This document shows, piece by piece, positions 15,436 through 26,468 of a stretch of DNA of 64,000 bases (its first letter is position 1; each line of letters starts with the position of its first letter). Position numbers and translations under genes: made by a program. Source of the DNA: the human T2T-CHM13v2.0 reference genome, Homo sapiens; the NCBI RefSeq assembly GCF_009914755.1, contig NC_060935.1; one strand, given 5' to 3'. Under the pieces are notes generated by a model, which ran no database searches, had not been told where the DNA came from, and saw nothing but the letters and a program-made list of their open reading frames with translations.

Positions 15436-17799
15436 AAAAGTCTTTAAGTGACTTGGGTTCATTCTTCTTTAGGTTCCATCCACTCTTTTGGGTAAACCTC
15501 TTCACAAGATACACGGTTTCAGGTGGTCCTTTCATAATTTAAAGAGGACGAAAAGGAAGGGTTTTTTTTCTTTTTCCTTTTAAGGACCTCAACAAGTTTA
15601 TCATGCTCAGTCTGACAGCTAAGATACAAGTTTTCGTTCACTTTTTCCTGTGAAAGTGTATGTAAAACAGCTTTTTTTTTTAAGTGTGAGATTTAAAAAG
15701 GAAGCATTCGTCATACTCAACATGCTTTTTATTGATACCACAAACATCTTGGACATGAAAACTTAGTTTTTGCCTTGTTGAAGGCTTAACTTGACATTAA
15801 ATGCCTTAAAGCACTTGTGTTTTTAAGGCAAAAACATTGATTTTTAAAATCTAATTACCTCGTATCTTGGGATTTAATATTCCACAGCGCCTAATATTTA
15901 GCAGCTCAGGTTGTCACTCAAAGAACCTTGCTGGTTTTTAATGGATCCGGAAGACCTTCGAGAACCGAAAACTAAATGCTGAATATAGTGACCACATAAA
16001 ACTTGTGTTTGTATATCGCTACACAGTGATGAAAATAGATGAGCTCTTTGCTGGTAAAAGACAGCTGAAATTTTGGGGGCACACGTTTCCTGGTTATTTT
16101 TGTAAAGCCAGGTTGAGGAAAAGATGTAAAAGTCACTTTGGGGGATCTATCTTAATCTGGGTTGGGATCGAGGGTGAGGGGAGGGATTTCCGTTATTTGG
16201 TAGCAAACTGGCCTGGTTTTGTGTTTTGGAGGTGAATGTTTGTGTCCTTATTCTTTAGCTTCTCTGCGTTACTAAACTTAAAGGATTCACACTTAATTTG
16301 ACTCCTCCCAAGAGAGAGCAGTAGCGAAAAATAATACATAAAAGGACTTCACTTGTACAATAAAAAATTAGCCTACTTAACAGACTTTGGTGTTTAAGAG
16401 AGCCTGTTTATCTTCATAAGTACAATAATGACTAAAATGGTGTAAAACATGACATGGTAAGGTAAAGACACAGCAGTAAACCATTTGACATGTTCGTACT
16501 TAATATAGTTGACCCACATGCAGTGGGTGAACCCTTTTATTAGACAGTACCTTAAAAGAAATTTTTCATACAAAGTTATTCAAAGCTTCCCTTAGCCAAC
16601 TTTTGGTTGTAAAGGTGTTATCAGAAGCAAGAGCATTTCCACACACTTGTATGGGCAATTGGTTTTATTATATATGATGGCATTGTGTACTCCAGAACTG
16701 TGAGCCTACCCTAGCTTCAGGCAGCTATGGGTAAGTGTTACTTAGGGTTAAGATTCCTATACACGTGGGGTGGGTAAATGGGGATAACCTAAGTTTTTTT
16801 TTTTTTTTTTTTTTTTGTCTTTTTTTTTTATTTTAAATCATGGGTGCTCCTTTGGAGTCAGAGTTAAAACTATTATGGTGTGTCTTAATGCTCCTCAACA
16901 AGTCTGTGAACCTGCTGATGCTTTCTGGAAGCTTGCTGTGCCTTCTAAAAGCCAGTGGTGGGTAGGCATTGCAGTTGAACTGGGGCAACATTTCTTTACT
17001 TTGGAAAGGGCCACCTGTATCAGCATCACCACACTGGCTCTGCACAAATTTATAACCCCTGGTTTGTGCATGTCAGAGGAAAATATCTCGGCGGAGAGTC
17101 CAGGCTGTGAAGAAAATCTTCAGGACAAATCCTGGTTTCCAGAGTCAAGTTCAACCTGATTTACATGATTCAGCGGCTGCTCCATCCAGTTTTTCTTGTC
17201 TGAGTAACAAACTTGCAACTTCCTGCATGTTCGTGTGCAAGTTTCAGTGTTTTGCCATTGACTTCCTAGGTGAAGTGTTTTTAATTTTTGTTCATTTGGA
17301 TTATAGAGAAGTAATCCTAATGATTTTACAGGTAACAAAAGCTTCATAGACTTGAACATATAAAATATGCCCATGGAAATTAGTTTCTACAAGAGGTCTA
17401 AAAACTGCTTTGAGTGTAGGCACACCGTTGTAAGTTAATATGGGTCACAAAACTGACACTTGGATTATATAAAGTAATTTTCCCTCGCCTCCTCCTTATT
17501 TTTGTCACTTAAAACACAGGTCTTTTTACCACATGAACTTGAAATTTCATTGAGTGTTAAATGAGTATATTAGGGATTACAGCTGTTGTTCATCCTGGTA
17601 ATTCTGAGCTTTTTTGTGCTCAACTAAGGATTGTGAGAGTTGAGAGCTTGATTGAACACTTAAGTTTCATAAAGATTACTTCAAAAATATTTAGTATCAA
17701 CAAAAATAGAGGTCTGTATTGTAGGTTTAAAAACTCATTTTTAAATAATTATTTGGTGGTAATTCATTATACTAAACTTCTCAGTTTCTTTTTATTCAG

Positions 17800-17925
17800 G
17801 CTCCTTCCTCAGAGAAGCTTCCTGTTATGTACCTTATGGATTCTATTGTGAAAAACGTTGGAAGAGAGTATCTCACTGCCTTTACTAAAAATCTAGTTGC
17901 AACATTTATTTGTGTGTTTGAAAAG
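17800..17925 (+). CDS. PCF11: PCF11 exon 2 (CID, contains DSIVKN)
   Basis: tttattcag|GCT...AAG|gtacat; APSSEKLPVMYLMDSIVKNVGREY...FEK; 126 nt. Confidence 0.96.
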
Positions 17926-19165
17926 GTACATATGCATTTAGAAACATTTGCGTTTTTTTTTAAAAAATGTGTTCCTGATTAAATAAATATTTGCTTTGTG
18001 TTGGGTTTTCTTGGGTGGTGAAATGTTTTATACTTTTGGACATTTATCGTTAGTACCATTTCAAAGAAAGAGGCTGAAGTTAATGTTTTATGTTAGATTT
18101 TTAGAACAGATTCTAGGGGTTTACATTATCCATTTAAGAATAGATGGATTTGCTTTTAGAATTGTGCTTTTTAAAAAAATTGAGTGTGTTCATTTGAACA
18201 TCTGTTTCATCACTTACAAACCAGGCAAAAAGATCTGAAATCGTCAAGAGTAATTAAAATTTCATTGTTTACATTTCTGGTGTTAGGATGTTGACTGTTC
18301 TCTTGGGGGGGTAAAAAGCATAATCCCTCAGTGTCTCAACCTGTGATTGGTTCCTGAAACTTGTGTGTTTTTTTGTTTTGTTTTCTGGAAATGTTTACTT
18401 TTGTTACATTGTTCAAGGTATGTTTTAGGTGAATGTTGTTGGTATGTGTGAATGGTGGACCAGTTAATTGCTGTTGGTTATTCTGGAAATACTTTTGCCC
18501 CTACCTTAGTGTTCAGAAATTAGGCTTATTTTTCATATCTAGAGATTGTAAATTTCTTCCATAACACTGTAACATGGTGGTTTGGTTAAAGCAGTATTAT
18601 GTTGAGGAGGACAAGGGATTTGCTGAGGTAATTCTCTGCCTGTCAGGCTATATCTTTCACATTGAACAAAAAGGCACTTATGAGATACTTAGGTTTAAAG
18701 ATTGTTTCCTAACGTCAATATTTGGTGGTAGTTATTATATTTTAGTAGATGAACACCTGTGTGTCAGTTGTCAGATTTGTAGAATTGGAATTTTTTTTGG
18801 AAGAACTATTCAGTATTAGATTTTACATGTTTATTAGAAAATAAGTAGTTGCTATTTGAGAAATGTTTTTAAGTTCTTAGAGAAAAACAGTATATGCAGA
18901 AGAAATCTGGAAAGCTCTATATCATATAGCATTAAAATGCTTGTTAATAGAATATTGTAGACATTTGCTGAATACTGCTAACCAGAGGCTGTAGTCTTAA
19001 GGAGAAGCTTAACCAACCTCTTGGTTTCGGTTTCAGTATGTTCAAATTCACTTGGGTGTTTGGTAGCATACCTTTACTGAATCTAACTGGGCATTAACAT
19101 GACAGTTGATTAAAATGACCTTGTAATAAATACATTATTATCTGAAGACTTATGAATATAGTTAA

Positions 19166-19542
<377 letters not shown>

Positions 19543-20151
19543 AATGGCAAATTTTCTAAACATTTTTACGCCATCACAAACCTGAACAGAAAAGTTATTT
19601 AAAACTAAGGCTTATCAGTGGTTAAGATTTTGTGAATTTCAGTTGTTAAAGTGCTTTCCACACCACAATATCTTGTTCCTATGTACCCAACCATATAGTA
19701 TTGCTGAGCATTAGTTAGTGAGATAGTTTTGCTTTAATTTTAACTTTGTACTACTATGTAAATAATTTAAAACATTTAAGCCATCAGGTAATCAATTTTT
19801 CTAGTTGTTTTATATTTTTTAGTTTTATATTTTCTAGTTGTCTTACATTTTTTTTTCCCAGAGAAAGAGTAACTTTAGGAATATTATACTAAGCTCTAAG
19901 ATGTGGAAACGTTTTGTATATAGAAAGGCTCACCTGGTTGGTTGCTTGCATGAAGGCTAGGTGAAAATGGTTTTAATTACTCTGTTTTTGAAGGAGAAAT
20001 GCACCTTTAATAAATTATTACTGTTGTATATACTTACCAATGGGTAGTACAGTTCTGTATGTGAAGTAGAGCAGATTTATATAACTTATATTTAATATAT
20101 AAAATATTCTATAGTAACTTAACAAGCCATAGAATTGTTCTGTTGTTCTAG

Positions 20152-20340
20152 GTGGATGAAAATACTAGGAAAAGTTTATTTAAGTTACGTTCTACATGGG
20201 ATGAAATATTCCCTTTGAAGAAACTTTATGCCCTGGATGTCAGAGTCAATTCATTAGATCCTGCTTGGCCTATTAAACCTCTACCCCCCAATGTGAATAC
20301 GTCTAGCATCCATGTGAATCCTAAATTTTTAAATAAATCG
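20152..20340 (+). CDS. PCF11: PCF11 exon 3
   Basis: ttctag|GTG...TCG|gtaagt; VDENTRKSLFKLRSTW...; 189 nt. Confidence 0.96.
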
Positions 20341-20679
20341 GTAAGTTTTAATATGAATAGTAAGTAACATACTTTTAAGTATCACATTTTGAATTCTTCT
20401 GCAGAACTTACTGCCAGAAAGTCAAAATAGAATACTCGGTAGTGAATTGGTTCAATTTGAAAAAAAAAAAAATAGTGTGTATATGTTTGGAATTTTTATT
20501 TAGAAATATATTCACCTTGTTTAGGTATTATGTAACATTTATTTTGGGTTTTAAATTTCTGATAAGTTTTCTGTGTGATAGGAATTTGGATCATATTAAG
20601 AGTTAAGCTGATAATTTTTACTCCCTAGCTTCCGTTTTAGCTGATACGTTTTTCTTAAACAAATTGTCTTTTCTTATAG

Positions 20680-20874
20680 CCCGAGGAGCCTTCAACACCT
20701 GGTACAGTGGTCAGTTCCCCTAGCATCTCCACTCCTCCAATTGTTCCTGATATACAAAAGAATCTTACACAAGAACAACTAATAAGGCAGCAGTTACTGG
20801 CAAAGCAAAAACAGTTGTTAGAACTTCAGCAGAAAAAGCTGGAGCTTGAGCTAGAGCAAGCTAAGGCACAGTTG
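20680..20874 (+). CDS. PCF11: PCF11 exon 4 (Q/L-rich coiled coil)
   Basis: cttatag|CCC...TTG|gtaagt; 195 nt. Confidence 0.95.
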
Positions 20875-21072
20875 GTAAGTAAGGGAGATTGTCATTTTAA
20901 ATATTTTAAACCTGTCTAACAATAGGGAAGTAATGTTTATGTTTGAATTTTATTAACATGTTACTTTTATTAATAGTGTACTCTTTTTTCACTTTTATTT
21001 TACAAATGAGTATATTTATTAGACTATACTTTTATATCTTTATTGTAAAATTCACTTGATTAAAAACTGCAT

Positions 21073-21345
21073 AGGCCAGGCGCAGTGGATCATGCCTGTA
21101 ATCCCAACACTTGGGAAGTCTGAGGTGGGAGGATCGCTTGAGTTTAGGAGTTTGAGGCCAGCCTGGGCAACATAGTGAGGCCCTACCAAAAAAAAAAAAA
21201 TTAGCCAGGTGGGGTAGTGCATCCTTGTGATCCCAGCTACTCGAGAGGCTGAGTTGGAAGGATCACTTGCGGCTGCAGTGTGCTATGATTGCTTCACTGC
21301 ACTCTAGCTTGAGTGACAGATCAAGACCCTGTCTCAAGAAAACCC
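21073..21345 (+). mobile_element. Alu (AluJ-like), intron 4
   Basis: Dimer with a deletion in the right arm. Confidence 0.88.
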
Positions 21346-22072
21346 TCCAAAAACTACAAAACTACACTATTTCCTCCAAACAGTTTTCTGTTAGATTGCT
21401 ATCTTATAAAATAGCATCTTAATTTTGTTTAATCATTACATTATGTGGACTTAATATTTCAGTCCCAAGATGGTAGGCATGTTGTGGCAAATATTTTTGC
21501 ATAGTCTTTAATGTTTTATGAGCTTATGCTCCATGAACAGAAATGACAAAATTAAGGAGGCCAGGAAGATTATATCTTTCTACACATAAATGACTTTATA
21601 CTAAGTTATTTTGCTTAGCATCTGAGCTTATTCGACAGTGAGGTGCAGGAAGGCAGAATTTTATAAGTTCATTAATAGCACCACTTTGGGAGAAACTAAA
21701 TTTTAGGACTTAGAATTTAGCTGAAATGACTCTGATTCTTGTGCAGCCGGAGTGTAGTGATTTAGCAATTTCTTAGGAGCAGTATGGCTCAGAATCCTGA
21801 ACAATAAGGAAGAGAAACAATTTTTTTTCATTCTATTTAGAGATTATATTATAAAGTCTCAAAAAATACTAGTAAGAAATAATGGGCAACTTAAATCATG
21901 GACTTTTTCTTTTCATTGTAATCTCAATTTATACATTATAAGTGTACAATTTAAATGTAGTGTTGAGTAAATATATTTATTGAATAAAGCATTATCTTCT
22001 TCAGTTGTTTGCAATTTCTTGACAATCTGCATGTTCTGCAGTGTTAACATGAACATTTATTTTGTGTTTTAG

Positions 22073-23187
22073 GCAGTTTCTCTTAGTGTTCAGCAGGAAA
22101 CATCCAATTTAGGTCCTGGATCTGCACCATCCAAATTACATGTTTCACAGATTCCCCCTATGGCAGTTAAAGCTCCTCATCAGGTTCCTGTGCAATCTGA
22201 GAAAAGCCGTCCAGGACCATCCTTACAAATTCAGGATTTAAAAGGAACTAACCGGGATCCTCGTCTGAACAGGATAAGCCAACATTCTCATGGAAAAGAT
22301 CAGAGTCACAGGAAAGAATTTCTAATGAACACATTAAACCAGTCTGATACTAAGACAAGTAAAACTATACCCTCTGAAAAACTAAATTCATCCAAGCAAG
22401 AAAAAAGTAAATCAGGTGAAAAAATAACCAAGAAAGAACTTGACCAATTAGATTCTAAATCGAAATCGAAATCGAAATCACCCTCACCTTTGAAAAACAA
22501 ATTATCTCACACAAAAGACTTGAAAAATCAAGAATCGGAAAGTATGAGGTTGTCTGATATGAACAAGAGAGATCCAAGATTAAAAAAACATCTTCAGGAT
22601 AAGACCGATGGCAAAGATGATGATGTGAAAGAGAAGAGAAAAACTGCAGAAAAAAAGGATAAAGATGAGCACATGAAGTCATCCGAACACAGACTGGCTG
22701 GAAGTAGAAATAAAATCATAAATGGCATTGTACAAAAACAGGATACAATAACAGAAGAGTCAGAAAAACAGGGGACAAAACCAGGGAGATCGAGTACTAG
22801 AAAGCGATCAAGATCTCGATCACCCAAGTCTAGGTCACCAATTATACATTCCCCAAAGAGAAGAGATAGGCGGTCACCCAAACGAAGGCAAAGAAGTATG
22901 TCTCCAACATCGACACCTAAAGCTGGAAAGATTCGCCAATCTGGAGCTAAGCAGTCACATATGGAAGAGTTTACACCACCTTCTAGGGAAGACAGAAATG
23001 CTAAGAGAAGTACTAAACAGGATATTCGGGATCCAAGGCGAATGAAAAAGACTGAAGAGGAGCGACCACAAGAAACTACAAATCAGCATTCTACAAAGTC
23101 AGGCACTGAACCAAAGGAGAATGTAGAAAACTGGCAAAGTTCCAAGTCTGCCAAAAGATGGAAATCTGGTTGGGAAGAAAATAAAAG
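22073..23187 (+). CDS. PCF11: PCF11 exon 5 (K/R/S-rich, RS/SP region)
   Basis: ttttag|GCA...AAG|gtatga; 1115 nt, phase 2; matches ORF 22160..23218. Confidence 0.95.
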
Positions 23188-23299
23188 GTATGATGTTAAC
23201 ATTTTAAGTCAAGTGTAGTAGTGTATATGTTTCAAAAGATAGTGTTAATTTAAAAATTGGAAAATGTTTATTAGGTGCTATTAGTACTTTTTTTCCATC

Positions 23300-23470
23300 T
23301 AATTCTTACATCTCTGTGGGTTAAATACTATTATTATTTCTATTTTACAGATAAGGAAACTGAAGTTTAGAAAGGTTAACTAATCTACCTAAGGCTGCAG
23401 TCCAGGACATGCAAGAATCAGAATTCATATCTGTTTTTGCTGATTTCATATTTTGTGCTCTTAATCATTT
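23300..23470 (-). mobile_element. MIR, intron 5
   Basis: attttacagataaggaaactgaag core. Confidence 0.75.
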
Positions 23471-23597
23471 ATTTAATTACTTTTTGTGGTTACATATGCC
23501 CATTTTAACCATATCCTTTGAAAAGAATCTTTAAATATGGTCCTGAGTATTTTTTAAAAAAACATTTCAATGTAACATACTGCTTTTATGGTTTCAG

Positions 23598-23781
23598 CTT
23601 ACAACAGGTTGATGAACATAGTAAACCTCCTCATCTGAGGCATAGGGAGAGCTGGTCAAGCACTAAAGGAATTTTATCACCTCGAGCCCCAAAGCAGCAA
23701 CAGCATCGATTAAGTGTAGATGCCAATCTTCAGATTCCTAAAGAGTTAACTCTTGCAAGCAAAAGAGAATTACTTCAAAAG
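23598..23781 (+). CDS. PCF11: PCF11 exon 6
   Basis: tttcag|C TTA...AAG|gtagtt; 184 nt. Confidence 0.94.
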
Positions 23782-23887
23782 GTAGTTACTATGATTAATC
23801 CCATGTAGTCATCATTATCTATCGTCTATTTTTTTGGTATTTTTTTATATTTAAAATATTTTATTTCCTTTTATCACCCCTATACAG

Positions 23888-23978
23888 ACGAGTGAACGTT
23901 TAGCATCTGGTGAAATTACACAGGATGACTTCCTTGTTGTTGTGCATCAAATTCGACAGCTATTTCAGTATCAAGAAG
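23888..23978 (+). CDS. PCF11: PCF11 exon 7 (short form)
   Basis: tacag|ACG...GAA G|gtaaac; 91 nt, phase 1. Confidence 0.93.
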
Positions 23979-24371
23979 GTAAACATAGATGCAATGTACG
24001 GGATAGTCCTACAGAAGAAAATAAAGGTGGATTAAAAAAGAAACCTCTCTTATCTGATGCTGAATTAACCTACTATGAACATAAAGCAAAACTGAAAAGG
24101 ACACAGGTTCAGCATTCATTTCCAAGACTTGATCTCTTAGATCCTGATATTTTTGACTACCCTTTGACTGATGCCTTGTTGTCTGGAATAGAATGTGAGC
24201 CATCCAAAAGTAAACATGCAAGTAGGAATAGTGGAGCACAGTTTGACAGAAAAGAACAATTTAGTGAAAGAGCAAGACGTCTTTCTCCTATATCTGGGAG
24301 TCGTACTTATGCTGAGAATCTTTCACCCCATGAGGGCCGGAGAAGACATGACGAGCAAGTCTCTGCTAAAG
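23979..24371 (+). CDS. PCF11: PCF11 exon 7 in-frame extension via distal donor (+131 aa; 1686-aa isoform)
   Basis: Frame stays open for 393 nt to AAAG|gtagaa, same phase 1 as the proximal donor; a stop follows shortly after the distal donor. Confidence 0.82.
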
Positions 24372-24529
24372 GTAGAAAAAGTTAAATCAGATTATGCCTA
24401 TTGAATCACACAGCAGTGAAGGGAAAATGAACAAGCTAAGTGGGGATGGATTTTTGTGACTGTTCAGATTACCATTTTTTTTCCCATTTATTTTGTTATG
24501 TTTTTTCCCTTTAAGGAAAGGGAAGGGAA

Positions 24530-24780
24530 GGGAGCTAATATTTCTAAGGCCAGTTGTGTGTCAGGTACTTCATTAGGTATTTTTTATATGTAATTTGATT
24601 TAATCCTCACAACAATACAATGAAGTGTATATTCTCCCTATTTTACAGATAGGAAATAAAAGAGAGGTTAAATAACTTGCTCTCAAAATGAAATAATTAG
24701 TATGTTGATAGGATGGTAATTTTTTTGTTACTCAGGTGTGTCTGACTCTAGAGGGCATCCTCTTATCTGCTGCTTTACGC
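24530..24780 (-). mobile_element. MIR, intron 7
   Basis: tttaatcctcacaacaa...attttacagatagg...gaggttaaataacttgc. Confidence 0.75.
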
Positions 24781-24900
24781 TGTCGGTCTCTCCTGCCCCT
24801 CTAATGTAGTGAGATAGTTATATATTTGGATAAACATTCATACGAAAATAGAAGATTTTAAGATAACTTTAGTGAAAATAATTTTTTTCCTTTTTAAAAG

Positions 24901-26468
24901 GTGTGCGAGAAGAGCAGAGATCTCCATTCAATGATCGTTTTCCACTTAAGCGACCTCGATATGAAGATTCAGATAAACCATTTGTAGATAGTCCAGCATC
25001 AAGATTCGCCGGCCTGGATACAAATCAGCGACTTACAGCTTTAGCTGAAGACAGACCGTTATTTGATGGACCTAGTAGGCCATCAGTAGCAAGAGATGGC
25101 CCAACGAAGATGATTTTTGAAGGACCCAATAAATTAAGCCCTCGAATTGATGGACCTCCCACACCAGCTTCTCTTCGGTTTGATGGGTCACCAGGACAAA
25201 TGGGGGGAGGAGGCCCTTTGAGATTTGAGGGGCCACAAGGTCAGCTAGGAGGTGGGTGTCCTTTGAGATTTGAAGGTCCTCCAGGACCAGTGGGGACACC
25301 TCTGCGGTTTGAGGGCCCAATTGGTCAAGCAGGAGGAGGTGGTTTTCGGTTTGAAGGTTCCCCTGGTCTGAGGTTTGAGGGATCTCCAGGTGGTTTGAGA
25401 TTTGAGGGACCAGGAGGCCAGCCTGTGGGTGGTCTGAGGTTTGAGGGACATCGTGGTCAACCTGTGGGTGGTCTAAGGTTTGAGGGACCTCATGGTCAGC
25501 CTGTGGGTGGACTTAGATTTGATAATCCCCGAGGTCAGCCTGTAGGTGGACTTAGATTTGAGGGGGGTCATGGTCCATCAGGGGCTGCGATTAGGTTTGA
25601 TGGACCTCATGGTCAGCCAGGAGGTGGAATCAGATTTGAGGGCCCTTTGCTACAGCAAGGGGTTGGAATGAGGTTTGAGGGCCCCCATGGTCAGTCAGTA
25701 GCTGGTCTGAGATTTGAGGGACAACATAATCAACTTGGTGGGAACCTTAGGTTTGAGGGTCCACATGGTCAGCCAGGGGTTGGTATCAGGTTTGAAGGCC
25801 CTTTAGTCCAACAAGGAGGTGGAATGAGGTTTGAGGGTCCTTCTGTACCAGGAGGTGGCCTGAGAATTGAAGGGCCTCTGGGTCAAGGTGGTCCAAGATT
25901 TGAAGGTTGTCATGCTTTAAGGTTTGATGGGCAGCCAGGTCAGCCGTCACTCTTGCCAAGATTTGATGGATTACATGGTCAGCCAGGTCCTAGATTTGAA
26001 AGGACTCCTGGTCAGCCAGGCCCTCAGAGGTTTGATGGACCACCTGGACAGCAGGTTCAACCCAGATTTGACGGTGTACCTCAAAGATTTGATGGTCCAC
26101 AACATCAGCAAGCATCAAGGTTTGATATTCCTCTTGGTCTTCAAGGCACAAGATTTGACAATCATCCTTCACAAAGGCTTGAATCAGTATCTTTCAATCA
26201 GACTGGTCCATATAATGATCCACCTGGCAATGCTTTTAATGCCCCATCCCAAGGACTACAGTTCCAAAGACATGAACAAATATTTGATTCACCTCAAGGA
26301 CCAAATTTTAATGGACCACATGGCCCTGGAAACCAGAGTTTCTCTAATCCACTTAACAGAGCTTCTGGACACTATTTTGATGAAAAAAATCTTCAGAGTT
26401 CTCAATTTGGAAACTTTGGCAATATACCTGCTCCAATGACAGTAGGAAATATTCAGGCATCTCAACAG
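24901..26468 (+). CDS. PCF11: PCF11 exon 8 (FEGP repeat exon)
   Basis: taaaag|GT GTG...CAG|gtaagt; 1568 nt; matches ORF 24903..26486. Confidence 0.96.
25150..26165 (+). repeat. Coding tandem repeat: ~13-aa (39-nt) GGLRFEGPxGQPx / PRFDGP units
   Basis: Recurrent (A/C)GxTTTGA(G/T/A)GG at ~30-45 nt spacing; R-F-[ED]-G recurs more than 20 times in the translation. Confidence 0.95.

Noticed and set aside
16508-16532. Small hairpin ACCCAC-atgca-GTGGGT containing CAGTG
   Set aside because: CAGTG is not in the apical loop as an iron-responsive element requires, and the site is intronic.
16815-17159. 114-aa ORF in intron 1, and the idea of a minus-strand processed pseudogene ending at the poly-T (16793-16830)
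   Set aside because: No recognisable protein and no TSD found. The region is kept only as a structured-RNA candidate.
22457-22480. (AAATCG)n hexamer run
   Set aside because: It simply encodes KSKSKSKS in exon 5.
25924-26439. 171-aa alternative-frame ORF inside PCF11 exon 8
   Set aside because: Its ATGs come from TTT GAT GG (Phe-Asp-Gly) codons, and the open frame is explained by repeat codon bias. It is deep inside the mRNA with no route to initiation.
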